A stretch of 64,000 nt of DNA from Myxococcota bacterium (lineage in GTDB: Bacteria; Myxococcota_A; SURF-8), in the NCBI GenBank assembly GCA_963674735.2, contig CAXXQS010000002.1, positions 1,216,001 to 1,280,000 on the forward strand, read 5' to 3'. How positions within the stretch are numbered: the stretch's first letter is position 1; each line of letters opens with the position of its first letter. A program made the translations under genes and the position numbers. This document shows, in pieces, positions 27,941-38,805 of the stretch. Under the pieces are notes generated by a model that saw nothing but the letters and a program-made list of their open reading frames with translations, was not told where the DNA came from and searched no databases.

Positions 27941-29638
27941 ATGCTGCCCAACCTCAATTACCTGATCGAGCAGGTTGGCAAGGATAAAGGCATTCCTAAA
28001 GAGATCATCATCGCCACTCTGGAAGAGGCGATGCTCAAAGCCGCCCAGAAAACCTTCGGTATCGACGAGGATATCGAGGCGCAGTACAACGAAGATCTGG
28101 GAGAGGTGGAGCTGTTTCAATTCAAAACAGTGATGGAAACAGTGATTGATCCGCAGACGGAAATCAGCCTGAAAGAAGCGCAGGAGTTGGATCCTGAAGC
28201 GTTGGATGGGGATTCCATCGGGATCAAGCTGGCTTCCGAAGAGTTTGGCCGGATTGCCGCTCAGGTTGCCAAGCAAGTCATTATCCAGCGCGTGCGATCG
28301 GCTGAACGTGAACAGATCTATAACGACTACAAAGACCGCAAGCACGATCTCATTGCCGGAACTGTCAGGCGAGTGGAACGCGGAAATATCATTGTGGATC
28401 TGGGCCGCACGGAAGCGATTCTGTTGGCCAAAGATCAATCGCCGCGTGAAACCTATCGTCCCCACGACCGCATTCTCGCTTTCGTGGAAGACGTCACCAC
28501 CAGCACCAAAGGTCCGCAGATTATTCTGTCGCGTACCAACATCGGGCTCTTAATGAAGCTTTTTGAAATGGAAGTACCTGAAATAGCGGAAGGAATCGTT
28601 CAAATCGTTTCCGCCGCGCGTGAATCGGGCGCCCGTTCCAAAATTGCCGTCATTTCGCGCGATCCCGATGTCGATCCGGTCGGTGCCTGTGTCGGCATGA
28701 AGGGAACGCGTGTACAGAACATCGTTCAGGAACTGCGCGGTGAGAAAATCGATATCGTAACCTGGAATCCGGATCCGGTTCGCTATGTCTGCAATGCTTT
28801 GGCTCCGGCTGTGGTCAGCCAGGTGTTGATCGATGAAGAAGCCAACACGATGGAAATCACCGTGCCCGACGACCAGCTTTCATTGGCCATCGGCAAGCGC
28901 GGCCAGAATGTCCGGCTCGCCTCCCAGTTGGCCGGTTGGCGGCTCGATATTCAGTCTGAATCCAAGGTCGAGCGCATGGCCGAAGTGGCTCGCGAGCTCT
29001 TCCAGCGCATTGAAAACGTGGATGAAGATCTGGCCAGCACCTTGACGCGACTTGGATTCCTGACGCTTGAAGATATCGTTCGTGCCGATGTGGATGACCT
29101 GAAAATCATCCCGGGTTTGAACCTCGAGCGCGCCCAGAGTTTGGTCGAGCAGGCGCAGCAGTTGCAAGATGAGCTCGATCAGGAAAAAGAGCGTGAGGAC
29201 GAGGAGTATGAGGAGCGTGCCGCCGAGCGCCGTAAGGCCAAAGCGGTCAAGCCCAAGCCTGTTGCGCAGCCCGAGGACGACCGTCCTGAGCTGATGCGCT
29301 TGAAAAATATGGACGATGAGTTGATGCAAAGGCTCAACGAGGCGGGTTATTATTCCGTCGACGATATTCTCCAGGCGGACTTCGAACCGCAGGCCTTCTC
29401 CGAGAAGTTCAATGTTTCCATGCGCAAAACGCGCGCTATCCTGCATTCGGCCAAACAGCGGATCGCTCAGCCGACTGAAGGAGAAGAAGGGGAGCAGAGC
29501 GCGGACGAAGAAGCGAGTCCCGCGTCCGTGAACCCGCTGGATGCTCTGGATGCCCCGGCGGCGGATACAGCGCTGTCCGAAGCCCCGGCGGAGTCGGCCG
29601 CGGAAATGGAAGCGGAGGACGATGGCGAAACGGTCTGA
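27941..29638 (+). CDS. nusA: transcription termination/antitermination factor NusA
   Basis: [41 protein letters not shown]; long acidic C-terminal extension. Confidence 0.97.
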   Translation: MLPNLNYLIEQVGKDKGIPKEIIIATLEEAMLKAAQKTFGIDEDIEAQYNEDLGEVELFQFKTVMETVIDPQTEISLKEAQELDPEALDGDSIGIKLASEEFGRIAAQVAKQVIIQRVRSAEREQIYNDYKDRKHDLIAGTVRRVERGNIIVDLGRTEAILLAKDQSPRETYRPHDRILAFVEDVTTSTKGPQIILSRTNIGLLMKLFEMEVPEIAEGIVQIVSAARESGARSKIAVISRDPDVDPVGACVGMKGTRVQNIVQELRGEKIDIVTWNPDPVRYVCNALAPAVVSQVLIDEEANTMEITVPDDQLSLAIGKRGQNVRLASQLAGWRLDIQSESKVERMAEVARELFQRIENVDEDLASTLTRLGFLTLEDIVRADVDDLKIIPGLNLERAQSLVEQAQQLQDELDQEKEREDEEYEERAAERRKAKAVKPKPVAQPEDDRPELMRLKNMDDELMQRLNEAGYYSVDDILQADFEPQAFSEKFNVSMRKTRAILHSAKQRIAQPTEGEEGEQSADEEASPASVNPLDALDAPAADTALSEAPAESAAEMEAEDDGETV

Positions 29639-30266
29639 AGCGGCTTCGCAACGGACCTGCGTCGGCTGTAATCGTACGGCCGATGCGGCGAAGATGGTTC
29701 GGCTGGTGTGTTCACCCGAGGGCACCTTGGAGTTGGACCTCCGGCGGCGGTTACCGGGACGCGGTGCTTGGCTTTGTCCGAGTCGGGATTGTTTCGATGC
29801 CGCCCGAAACGGGCGTGGTTTCCGACGTTCTTTGAAGATGACGACTTTTACTTACGACGCGGAGGGTCTCTGGAACCGCTTGGTTCGGACCAACCGCGAG
29901 AGATTGATGGAAGATGTACGCCTGGCTTTAAAAGCCGGGGCGGTTGTCTCGGGTGGAAACAACGTCGAGATAGCCTTTAAACGCGGTAACGTATGTGCGG
30001 TCCTGGTCGCCGACGATGCCGCGGAAAACAGTGTTCAGAAATTCGCTCAGGCGGCCCATGCGCATGGCGCAACGGTGATACGGGCGCTGACGAAGGATGA
30101 ATTGGGTCGGGTGCTCGGCAAAGAGAAGCGGGCGGCGGTGGCAATCACCCACCCCGCATTCGCCGAGCGACTGGTACGGGATGTATGGTTCTACGGCATG
30201 ATTATGAACCGACCCGAAGACAGGGTAACACGAGGAGTGGTTGATGGGGAAGCGGCGAGCACATGA
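29622..30266 (+). CDS. ylxR: YlxR (DUF448/RnpM) fused to an L7Ae-like domain
   Basis: QRTCVGC...PGRGAWLC (YlxR) followed by KAGAVVSG...VADDAAENS...ELGRVLGK (L7Ae/YlxQ); located between nusA and infB. Confidence 0.85.
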   Translation: MAKRSEAASQRTCVGCNRTADAAKMVRLVCSPEGTLELDLRRRLPGRGAWLCPSRDCFDAARNGRGFRRSLKMTTFTYDAEGLWNRLVRTNRERLMEDVRLALKAGAVVSGGNNVEIAFKRGNVCAVLVADDAAENSVQKFAQAAHAHGATVIRALTKDELGRVLGKEKRAAVAITHPAFAERLVRDVWFYGMIMNRPEDRVTRGVVDGEAAST

Positions 30267-33063
30267 GCTCACAAAGGAACTCGGGCTGGAGTTGAAGGAT
30301 CTGATCACCATTGCCCAAAGAGCGGGCGTGGTGATTCGGAACACCATGACCAGTGTCGAGGATGAAGACGTTCAAAAGATCGTCTCGGCGATGCAGTCCA
30401 CCACTCAAGAAAAAGTGGTGGAAAAACGCGTCGGTAAAAGCATTATCCGTCGACGCTCCGTTGTGCGAAAAAAGAAAGAGGCAGTTCCCGAAGAGGCTGA
30501 ACCGGCTGAGAAAGTCGAGACCGCCGAAGCGGCTGAACCGGCCGGACCTGATACAGACGCTGCACCGGAAGTGGAAGCTGCCGCAGTGAGCGGAGAACCT
30601 GCTCCGATGTCGGAAGCCGAAGCTGCGGTCGAGCCCGAGCCGGTGGTCGAACCCGAGGCTGCGGTCGAGCCTGAGCCGGTGGCCGAGCCTGAGCCGGTGG
30701 CCGAGCCTGAGCCGGTGGCCGAAGCGGTACGTGAGCCGGAAGAAGAAATCGCTTCCGAGTCTGTCGCCGAAGAGGTTGAAGCTGAACCGGCTGAGCCGGT
30801 TGAGGTTGAAGCACCGCAGACGGAGCCTGAGCTCCAATCGGGGAAAGCGGCCACCGCCGTTCCCGAAGGTGAGGTCGAAGCGAAAGACAAACCCAAGCGC
30901 AGACAGATTTCGCGCATTGTCAAACATATTGATCTTGAAGACTTGAAGCCGGCGCATAATGCGAATCAGCCTGCCGGTCCGCGCGGCGGGAGTCAGCCCC
31001 GACGTCCGGCGCCTGGGCGAAACCAGAGAGTCAGCTCGCCGGGACGCGGCAATAGTCCCGCTCCGGTCGATATCATTCAGCCTATTCTGGATCAACCGGG
31101 ACGTAAGCGCGGAAAAGGTTATGACAAAGCCGGTGCCGAGAGCGGTGATTCCGGCCGCGGCAAGCGGGGATACCGCAAGCGTCAGATCATCGACGACAGC
31201 TATATGGAGCGCCGCAACCGGGGCGGTCGCAAGAAAAAGAGCAAAGCCGCGTCGCAGCCCACTCCCGTAACGGCGATGAAAGCGTCCAAACGCGTGGTGA
31301 AAGTGGCCACCGACACGATCATCGTGTCCGATCTTGCCAAGCGTATGGGCATCAAAGCCGCCGAGATTATTTTCAAGCTCATGCAGATGGGTTTACAGGT
31401 CAATGTCAACCAAGCCATCGACCTGGATACCGCGACCCTGGTTGCCGATGAATTCGGTTATGAAATCGAGAATGTCGGTTTCGAAGAAGAAAACATCCTG
31501 GTCACCCATGTTGAGGGTGGTGTCGAAAATATGGTCCCGCGCGCACCGGTCGTGACGGTCATGGGCCATGTCGATCATGGTAAAACCAGCATCCTCGACT
31601 GTATTCGGAAAACCAACGTTACCGCCGGTGAGGCGGGTGGCATCACCCAGCATATCGGTGCTTACCAGGTGAAGCTCGGTGGCGGGTCCATCACCTTCCT
31701 CGATACGCCCGGCCATGAGGCGTTCACCTCCATGCGTGCCCGTGGCGCTCAGGTTACGGACATCGTGATTCTGGTTGTCGCCGCAGACGATGGTGTGATG
31801 CCGCAGACCGCCGAAGCCATCAACCATGCCAAAGCCGCCAATGTTCCCATCATCGTGGCGGTCAACAAAATCGATAAACCTGATGCCAATCCGAGTCGCG
31901 TACGCCAGGAGCTGATGCAATTTGAGCTGCTGGAAGAAAATCTGGGCGGCGATACGATCATGATCGACGTCTCGGCCAAGATGGGCAAAGGAATCGATAC
32001 CCTGCTGGAAATGGTCTTGTTGCAGGCGGAGTTGCTGGAGTTCAAAGCCAACCCCGATCGCGAGCAAGCCGAAGCGGTGGTTATCGAAGGCAAGCTTGAT
32101 CGCGGACGCGGACCGGTCGGGACCGTTCTGGTCGCGCACGGTACTCTGCGTGTCGGCGATTTCTTCGTGTGCGGATCGCAATCGGGCCGCATCAAAGCTC
32201 TGATCGACGATACGGGTGAACGGATCGAAACGGCCGGACCGTCCGTGCCGGTGGAAGTCTTGGGATTCAATGAAGTGCCCGAGGCCGGTGATAGCTTCAA
32301 TACGCTGAAAGATGAAAAACAAGCGCGTCTGATCGCCGAGAACCGCTACCGCAAAAAACGGGAGCTGGAATTGGCCAAAAGTTCGCGTGTCAGTTTGGAA
32401 GAGCTGGTCGAGCGCGTTAAGGCGGGCGAAGCCAAAACCCTGCCGTTGGTCATCAAGGGCGATGTCCAAGGCACCGTGGAGGCACTGCGCGATGCCTTGG
32501 CGAAGGAAGGCACCGACGAAGTCAACCTCGAAATCATTTCGACCGGCGTCGGCGGCATCACCGAGAGCGACGTGCTGTTCGCCTCCGCTTCCAAAGCCAT
32601 GATCGTCGGCTTCAACGTGCGCGCCGAGGCCAAGGGCCAGATGTTGGCGGAAAAAGAAGGCGTCGATATCAAGATTTACAGCGTCATCTACGACCTCATC
32701 GAGGACATTCAGGGCGCGCTTCTCGGACTTACCGCACCGAAGATCCGCGAAGAAATATTCGGGCATGTGGAAGTGCGCGATATCTTCGTCATTCCGAAGG
32801 TCGGCACGGTGGCGGGTTGTTACGTTACCGATGGTAAGGCCGAGCGCAATGCGGAGTTGCGGCTGTTGCGTGACAACATTGTCATTTACACCGGTAAAAT
32901 CGCCTCGCTGCGGCGCTTCAAAGAAGATGTCGCCGAAGTGGCCACGGGCTACGAATGCGGTGTGGGAATTCAGAACTACAACGATATCAAGGTGGGTGAC
33001 AGCATCGAATTTTTCCGAACCGTTGAAGAAGCGGTTACCAAGCTCGAAGCGCGCACGTCATGA
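30244..33063 (+). CDS. infB: translation initiation factor IF-2
   Basis: GHVDHGKT, GGITQHIG, DTPGHEAF and NKID; the N-terminal region has AEPEPV repeats. Confidence 0.98.
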   Translation: MGKRRAHELTKELGLELKDLITIAQRAGVVIRNTMTSVEDEDVQKIVSAMQSTTQEKVVEKRVGKSIIRRRSVVRKKKEAVPEEAEPAEKVETAEAAEPAGPDTDAAPEVEAAAVSGEPAPMSEAEAAVEPEPVVEPEAAVEPEPVAEPEPVAEPEPVAEAVREPEEEIASESVAEEVEAEPAEPVEVEAPQTEPELQSGKAATAVPEGEVEAKDKPKRRQISRIVKHIDLEDLKPAHNANQPAGPRGGSQPRRPAPGRNQRVSSPGRGNSPAPVDIIQPILDQPGRKRGKGYDKAGAESGDSGRGKRGYRKRQIIDDSYMERRNRGGRKKKSKAASQPTPVTAMKASKRVVKVATDTIIVSDLAKRMGIKAAEIIFKLMQMGLQVNVNQAIDLDTATLVADEFGYEIENVGFEEENILVTHVEGGVENMVPRAPVVTVMGHVDHGKTSILDCIRKTNVTAGEAGGITQHIGAYQVKLGGGSITFLDTPGHEAFTSMRARGAQVTDIVILVVAADDGVMPQTAEAINHAKAANVPIIVAVNKIDKPDANPSRVRQELMQFELLEENLGGDTIMIDVSAKMGKGIDTLLEMVLLQAELLEFKANPDREQAEAVVIEGKLDRGRGPVGTVLVAHGTLRVGDFFVCGSQSGRIKALIDDTGERIETAGPSVPVEVLGFNEVPEAGDSFNTLKDEKQARLIAENRYRKKRELELAKSSRVSLEELVERVKAGEAKTLPLVIKGDVQGTVEALRDALAKEGTDEVNLEIISTGVGGITESDVLFASASKAMIVGFNVRAEAKGQMLAEKEGVDIKIYSVIYDLIEDIQGALLGLTAPKIREEIFGHVEVRDIFVIPKVGTVAGCYVTDGKAERNAELRLLRDNIVIYTGKIASLRRFKEDVAEVATGYECGVGIQNYNDIKVGDSIEFFRTVEEAVTKLEARTS

Positions 33064-33446
33064 GTCCGTCCCGCTCGCGCGATTTCAAGCGCACGGATCG
33101 GTTGAGCAGCGCCATGCGTGAAGAATTGACCGTGCTTTTGCGCAATGCCGTCCGTGATCCGGCCGTGACGGACGTCACTTTGACGGACGTTAAGGTCACC
33201 ATGGATCTGGGTCACGCCCAAATCTACTACACCACCTATGAGAAAGACGCCGCTCACCGCGCCGAACTTCAGGCCGGTTTGGAACGGGCGGCGGGGTTCT
33301 TGCGCCGTGAGATCGGCCGTTTGCTGCATATTCGCCGAAGCCCCGAATTGCATTTCGTGCTCGATTCTTCGATTGACTACGCCGAACACATCGAGGGCGT
33401 GTTGCGTCAACTCAAGACCGAGGATAAGAATGGAGATCACGACTGA
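33060..33446 (+). CDS. rbfA: ribosome-binding factor A
   Basis: VRDP...VTLTDVKVTMDL...AAGFLR...PELHFVLDSS; follows infB. Confidence 0.95.
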   Translation: MSPSRSRDFKRTDRLSSAMREELTVLLRNAVRDPAVTDVTLTDVKVTMDLGHAQIYYTTYEKDAAHRAELQAGLERAAGFLRREIGRLLHIRRSPELHFVLDSSIDYAEHIEGVLRQLKTEDKNGDHD

Positions 33447-34470
33447 GCTTATCGATGTTCTCCGGCAGTCGAAAAAAATTCTGACGATCAGTCACGTCTC
33501 GCCCGACTTCGACGCCATTGCTTCTCAGCTGGCAGCCAAACTCGCTTTGGAAAAAGTGGGAAAAAAGATCACCACCTACAACGAGAGCGGGGCTTACCCG
33601 AACATGACGTTCTTGCCCGGCGTGGAAGATGTCGTGACGCGCCTTCATCCCCGCGCACGCTTCGATTGTACGTTGCTGATGGACGCGGGAACCCCCGATC
33701 GTTTCGGCAAGGTTCTCAACGAAAGTCCACGCGAACGATTCGGAACCCTCATCAAGGTGGACCATCATCTCACCGGCAGCGCTTTTGCCGAGATGGAATA
33801 TGTCGATCCGGGTCGTGCCTCCACCGGTGAATTGGTCATGGATCTCATCAAGCGTTATCCGATCGAACTGGATGCGGATATTGCCTTGAACCTTTATTGC
33901 GCCGTGGTTACCGATACCGGCGGGTTTCGTTATTCCAATACCAACTCGGCCGCTTTCCATACGGTGGCGGAGCTTCTGCAGCACGGGGTGAATCCTTGGG
34001 ATGTCACTACCCGGCTTTACGAGAACCGTCCTGAAGCGGAACTGCGGCTTTTGTCTCTGGTTTTGAAAACGTTGCACGTATCCCATTCCGGGCGCTATGC
34101 CACGCTGGAAATGCGCTGTACCGATCGGGAAGCCGCTGGTGCCGAAGATTATATGACCGACGGCTTTATCAACTATGCCCGCTCTCTAAGCGGTGTCGAA
34201 GTTGCCATTTTCATTCGAGAGATGATCCCCGACAAACAGTTCAAGGTGAGTTTCCGTTCAAAAGGAACGGTCAATGTGGCCACCCTGGCCGAATCGCTGG
34301 GAGGGGGCGGTCATCACAATGCGGCCGGTTGCACTATGAAAGGCAGCTTGACGGAAGTGAAGGCCATCCTCTATCGCATCGTCGATGCCAAGCTGCCGAA
34401 ATCGGCTTCATCCAAGAAGTCCGTTACGGCGAAACGCGCTGTTGGGAAAGTGAAACAAGCCAAACGGTGA
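33430..34470 (+). CDS. nrnA: DHH/DHHA1 oligoribonuclease/pAp phosphatase (NrnA-like)
   Basis: HVSPDFDA, DHH, TDTGGFRYSNT, SFRS and GGGGHHNAAG. Confidence 0.88.
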   Translation: MEITTELIDVLRQSKKILTISHVSPDFDAIASQLAAKLALEKVGKKITTYNESGAYPNMTFLPGVEDVVTRLHPRARFDCTLLMDAGTPDRFGKVLNESPRERFGTLIKVDHHLTGSAFAEMEYVDPGRASTGELVMDLIKRYPIELDADIALNLYCAVVTDTGGFRYSNTNSAAFHTVAELLQHGVNPWDVTTRLYENRPEAELRLLSLVLKTLHVSHSGRYATLEMRCTDREAAGAEDYMTDGFINYARSLSGVEVAIFIREMIPDKQFKVSFRSKGTVNVATLAESLGGGGHHNAAGCTMKGSLTEVKAILYRIVDAKLPKSASSKKSVTAKRAVGKVKQAKR

Positions 34471-34500
34471 TGCCGATTCGGCTATCGGTTGGTTGAATGA

Positions 34501-34527
34501 AAAAAGCCCCGCTCGAAGCGGGGCTTT
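34501..34527. terminator. bidirectional terminator between convergent genes
   Basis: AAAAAGCCCCGC-TCGAA-GCGGGGCTTT. Confidence 0.8.
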
Positions 34528-34548
34528 GTCGTTGGAAAGGATGTCGGG

Positions 34549-35928
34549 TTAGATGCAATAGCCCACCGCGCCGTAAATGACGGCGGAGCAGCTGTAGCCG
34601 AAGCAACACTGGGGAAGCAAAACACCACAAACCACCGGGTTGGTGCAAGGACCGGCCACACAGTTCGGGGCGGTGGAGGCATCGCAGAATTGGTTTTCCG
34701 CGCAGGCCGGGCAGTTGATGACGCACTGATTGAAGGTGGGATCGCAGATATATCCCGGCGGACAACCGCCGCAATCGGCAGGACCCGGACCCGCGACGCA
34801 ACGTCCGTCGGTATCGCAGTTCAACGTGCCGGGGCAGGGGTTGCTGGCTCCGCACTGGGGTCGGCAGCAACCCTGTGTCTGACCGGTGACGATTTCACAG
34901 TAGGAACCCGCATCGCATTCGTAATCTCCGGCGCAGGCATCGCATTCGGGATTTTCGAGAATACAGCGGCCATAGTTGAGATCGGAGGTGTCTTTGATGC
35001 AGACATACAGCTCGGGGCAGCCTTCGCCGGGCAGTTCGCAGTAGCGTTTACACATGCCGTCGTCGCTGGTCGGCAGCCGATCGCAGAATTCGTCCAATTC
35101 ACAAGCATTATCGGAGCGACAATAGCCATCGATCGGCAAGCAAACTCCGTGGTCGCAGGTCCAACCACGTGGGCAACTGCCACCGGCCGTATCGCAGTTG
35201 GGGACGCAGACACCGTCGGTAGAACCGACGTAATTGGGCTGGCAGTATTCAAGATCGCCCGCACAGCCTTCATCGGTGGTACAGGCCGTGCCTTGCAGGC
35301 GGCATTCGGCTTGGTCGCACAATTCGTTGATGCCACACTCCGTTACGATCTCCCACCCGTCACCGGCAACATTGCAGACTTCCACCGTGTTGTCGTCCGC
35401 ACAGCGGCGGCGTCCCGGATCACAGTTGGTATCGTCGCCGTCGGGGTCGTCGCCATCAGCGCTGTCGGAGCAGGAGCCGTCGACACAGACTTTGCCATCG
35501 GACAGGCAATCGCGGTAGAAGGACCAGTCGCCTGCAACATCACATTTCTGAACATCGTTGCCCAAGCAGCGGAAGTCGCCCGCCGTGCACATTTCCGGAT
35601 CATCGCCGTCGGGGTCGTCGCCATCGCCGGCGTTACACTGGTCGTATAAAAGGCAGACGTTCGTCTCGGTTTCACAGCAGGTTCCAGCCGTTATGGTTTC
35701 GCAATCGGCATCGCTGGTACAGGAAGCCGAGCAGAACCCGACACCCGAAATCACCACGCAAAGGGAGGTCTCACAGTCGGCGTTGACGTTGCAGCTTTGG
35801 CCGAACGGTTTGAGGCCGGAATCGCCATCGGCTGCTTCGTCGCTATCTCCGCCGCAGGCTGCCAGTAACGCGATAGCCAACACGACGATCCAACACGCCA
35901 TCGCACCTTTTTTCAAAGCCTTCATCAT
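34549..35928 (-). CDS. Cys-rich surface lipoprotein
   Basis: Lipobox LAAC; many short disulfide modules (CxxDxxC); DGDDP linkers. Confidence 0.85.
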   Translation of the reverse strand: MMKALKKGAMACWIVVLAIALLAACGGDSDEAADGDSGLKPFGQSCNVNADCETSLCVVISGVGFCSASCTSDADCETITAGTCCETETNVCLLYDQCNAGDGDDPDGDDPEMCTAGDFRCLGNDVQKCDVAGDWSFYRDCLSDGKVCVDGSCSDSADGDDPDGDDTNCDPGRRRCADDNTVEVCNVAGDGWEIVTECGINELCDQAECRLQGTACTTDEGCAGDLEYCQPNYVGSTDGVCVPNCDTAGGSCPRGWTCDHGVCLPIDGYCRSDNACELDEFCDRLPTSDDGMCKRYCELPGEGCPELYVCIKDTSDLNYGRCILENPECDACAGDYECDAGSYCEIVTGQTQGCCRPQCGASNPCPGTLNCDTDGRCVAGPGPADCGGCPPGYICDPTFNQCVINCPACAENQFCDASTAPNCVAGPCTNPVVCGVLLPQCCFGYSCSAVIYGAVGYCI

Positions 35929-36063
35929 TACAACCTCCCATTTCCCGGTTTACTAGGGTAGACACACATCACCGCTACCGATGTTCGGGGCAAGTCCTAT
36001 AGTCTTATAGTGTACCGCATGAGCGCACAAATGCAACAACTTTCATGTTGGATCTTCAGATCG

Positions 36064-36561
36064 CTAGGGAAGGGCTTGGCGTTGCGCTTCTCGGCGCAGG
36101 GAGGCAAGAAGCAAATCGGCATTGGCTTCGAGGCGGAAATTGTTTGGGTGTTCACCCCCGGAAAAACAGGGTTTGCAAGTATCGTAGCCCAGCACGGTTT
36201 TCCCGTTTTTCAGCGCCAAGGCGATTTCCGAAAGTGTTCCGCCCGCTCCGCCGATGGCCACCACGACATCGGCGGTCAGGATGTTGATCGGATTGCGTGC
36301 GTCGCCCAGGTTCGTGATGATCGGTAAGCGGATGTAAGGATTGGCCGCCGTTTTGTCGCGTCCCGGCAGGATCCCGAGAGTCAATCCGCCTGCTTCGACC
36401 GCACCTTTGGCGGCGGCCTCCATCACACCGGTTCCACCGCCGCACAGCAAAACGGCTCCCAGCTCGGCGGTTGTGCGGCCGACCGCTTCGGCCACTTCGG
36501 CCTGTTCGGGTGTGCAGCGGGAACCGCCCATGACGCCTACGATCACGAAAGGTTTCGACAT
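36064..36561 (-). CDS. LOG-family nucleotide-binding protein (TIGR00725-like)
   Basis: CGGGTGVMEAAAKGA, ARNPIN and GGAGGTLSE. Confidence 0.88.
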   Translation of the reverse strand: MSKPFVIVGVMGGSRCTPEQAEVAEAVGRTTAELGAVLLCGGGTGVMEAAAKGAVEAGGLTLGILPGRDKTAANPYIRLPIITNLGDARNPINILTADVVVAIGGAGGTLSEIALALKNGKTVLGYDTCKPCFSGGEHPNNFRLEANADLLLASLRREAQRQALP

Positions 36562-36711
36562 TTCGCGTCTCCTTACAATCCCAGATAATGGGTTCGACGA
36601 TAAATGGATAATACGTGATGTAGTATAGTGGGCGTTGCGCTTTTTTCCAAATTATGAAACCATAGCTCAGGCCGACACTGAATCTGCAACCGGTTTGGAG
36701 GATTTTCCGCG

Positions 36712-37776
36712 ATGGCTCATGTACTCACGATTATTGGAACACGCCCCGAAATCATCAAAATGGCTCCATTGATTCCACTATTGGACGATGCGTTCGAACA
36801 CACTTTTTTGTTCACCGGTCAGCATTACTCGCAAAACATGGTCGAGATCTTCCTCGACGAAATGGGTTTGCGCCGTCCCGATGCGTTTCTCGATGTCAAC
36901 GATTCCGATCGGGACCGTTTGGAGGAAGGTATTCGCGCCTGGTTGGTCGGTCGGCACTTTGATGCCGTTTTGGTATACGGCGATACCAACTCGACCCTGG
37001 CCGCCGCCCGTGCCGTGCCGAAAGAAGCCAAGCTCGTGCATATCGAGGCGGGTATCCGCAGTTTCGATTCACGTATGCCCGAGGAGTTCAACCGCATCGA
37101 GGTGGACCGCCTGAGTCATTACCGCCTGCCTCCGAGCGGGTTGGGACGTTATTTCCTCACCGATTTCGAAGGGATCGATCCCGATACGGTAGAGGTAGTC
37201 GGGAACCTGGTGGTGGACGCTTATCGCCAGAACCGCGAGCGTATCCTCAGCGCCCCCCTCGACGACGGTCTGTCGCCGCGCGGATATCATCTGCTCACCA
37301 TGCATCGCGCCGAAAACGTGGATGATCCCAAACGTTTGAAAGCGATTCTCGATAACCTGGCGCGGCTTGACAAGCCGGTGGTCTTCCCGGTGCATCCACG
37401 CACCGAGGCGCGCATGCGCGAATTCGGACTGGAGTTTCCGGTCAATCTGCGGATTCTCGAACCCTTGGGTTATTACCGCTTTATGCGCCTGATGCACGAC
37501 TGCGAACTGGTCATCACCGATTCGGGTGGCGTGCAGGAGGAAGCCGTTACGCTGGGTGTGCCTTGTATTACGCTGCGTGACAATACCGAGCGCATGGAGA
37601 CGGTGTTTCTACAGGCCGCGGTGCTCTACGATGCCGACCACCGGAACGATCTGGATGTGGTGGCCGCTGATATGTGCGCGCGCCGCGACGTCATCCGCAG
37701 CTTGAAAAACCCCTACGGCGAGGGCGATGCCGCCCAGCGCATCCTACGCTTTTTACAAGACAAACTGGCGGGGTGA
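36712..37776 (+). CDS. wecB: UDP-N-acetylglucosamine 2-epimerase (non-hydrolysing)
   Basis: GTRPEIIK, TGQHY, GDTNST, HIEAGIRS, PEEFNR, TDSGGVQEEA and NPYGEGDAA. Confidence 0.93.
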   Translation: MAHVLTIIGTRPEIIKMAPLIPLLDDAFEHTFLFTGQHYSQNMVEIFLDEMGLRRPDAFLDVNDSDRDRLEEGIRAWLVGRHFDAVLVYGDTNSTLAAARAVPKEAKLVHIEAGIRSFDSRMPEEFNRIEVDRLSHYRLPPSGLGRYFLTDFEGIDPDTVEVVGNLVVDAYRQNRERILSAPLDDGLSPRGYHLLTMHRAENVDDPKRLKAILDNLARLDKPVVFPVHPRTEARMREFGLEFPVNLRILEPLGYYRFMRLMHDCELVITDSGGVQEEAVTLGVPCITLRDNTERMETVFLQAAVLYDADHRNDLDVVAADMCARRDVIRSLKNPYGEGDAAQRILRFLQDKLAG

Positions 37777-37890
37777 GTCTGTTCGCGGCTTTTTGGCGTG
37801 CAACCGCCTTTCTCCCTTGCGTCCGGGTTACCGGCGGGATAAAGTTGCGGTGGAAACCACAGCGGCGAGCAAGAATGGGAAAAACGGACC

Positions 37891-38805
37891 ATGGAACGTA
37901 TCGACGTCAAATGCGGATTCAATTGCAATAACAAATGCTTCTTCTGCGTGCAGGGCGATAAGCGCTATCACTACGCCGACAAAAGCACCGACGAAGTCAA
38001 AAAAGTCCTCGACGACGGCCGCAAGGACTCGGACGCGCTGGTTTTCACCGGCGGCGAAGTGACCATCCGCAAAGACTTCCCCGAATTGGTGGCGCATGCC
38101 AAATCGTTGGGATTCCGGGTGATTCAGGTGCAGACCAACGGTCGCCTGTTCGCCTCGAAGGCCTTTTGCGAAAAGATCATCGCAGCCGGAGCGACCGAAT
38201 TTTCTCCGGCTATTCACGGACATACGTCCGAATTGCACGATTTCCTCACCCATGCGCCGGGTGCGTTCAAGCAGACCGTGCACGGGATCCAGAATCTCAA
38301 GGCGCTGGGACAGACCATCGTCATGAATTCGGTGATAACGCGTCCCAACTATCGCAATCTGCCCGATATGGCGCGCCTGTTCTCGGCGCTCAAGGTCGAC
38401 CAATTCCAGTTCGCCTTCGTGCATGCCCTGGGCAGCGCCGAAAAGCATTTCGAGATGATCGTACCGCGCAAGTCGCTGGTGGAGCCGTACGTCAAGCAGG
38501 CGCTGGCCATCGGCGTCAAAAACGGCTGCCGCGTCATGACCGAGGCGATTCCCTATTGCTTCATGAGCGGCTTCGAGGTCTTTGTGGCCGAACGTTACAT
38601 TCCGCGCACCAAGATTTTCGATGCCGACTGGGTGGTGGACGACTACACCGATTACCGCTGGAACGAGGGCAAGGCCAAGGGCGAGCCCTGCAAAACCTGC
38701 GCTTACCAAGATGAATGCGAGGGTCCCTGGCGGGAATACCCCGAACATTTCGGTTGGGATGAATTCAAACCGCGACCGGAAAAGACCGATGTCCCAAAAC
38801 CCTGA
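37891..38805 (+). CDS. radical SAM enzyme with short C-terminal Cys cluster (HxsC-like by recall)
   Basis: CNNKCFFC, TGGE, QTNGR, IPYC and C-terminal CKTCAYQDECEG. Confidence 0.85.
   Translation: MERIDVKCGFNCNNKCFFCVQGDKRYHYADKSTDEVKKVLDDGRKDSDALVFTGGEVTIRKDFPELVAHAKSLGFRVIQVQTNGRLFASKAFCEKIIAAGATEFSPAIHGHTSELHDFLTHAPGAFKQTVHGIQNLKALGQTIVMNSVITRPNYRNLPDMARLFSALKVDQFQFAFVHALGSAEKHFEMIVPRKSLVEPYVKQALAIGVKNGCRVMTEAIPYCFMSGFEVFVAERYIPRTKIFDADWVVDDYTDYRWNEGKAKGEPCKTCAYQDECEGPWREYPEHFGWDEFKPRPEKTDVPKP

Noticed and set aside
30620-30725. 18-bp AEPEPV repeats in infB as a novel element
   Set aside because: Low-complexity, variable IF-2 N-terminal linkers are ordinary.
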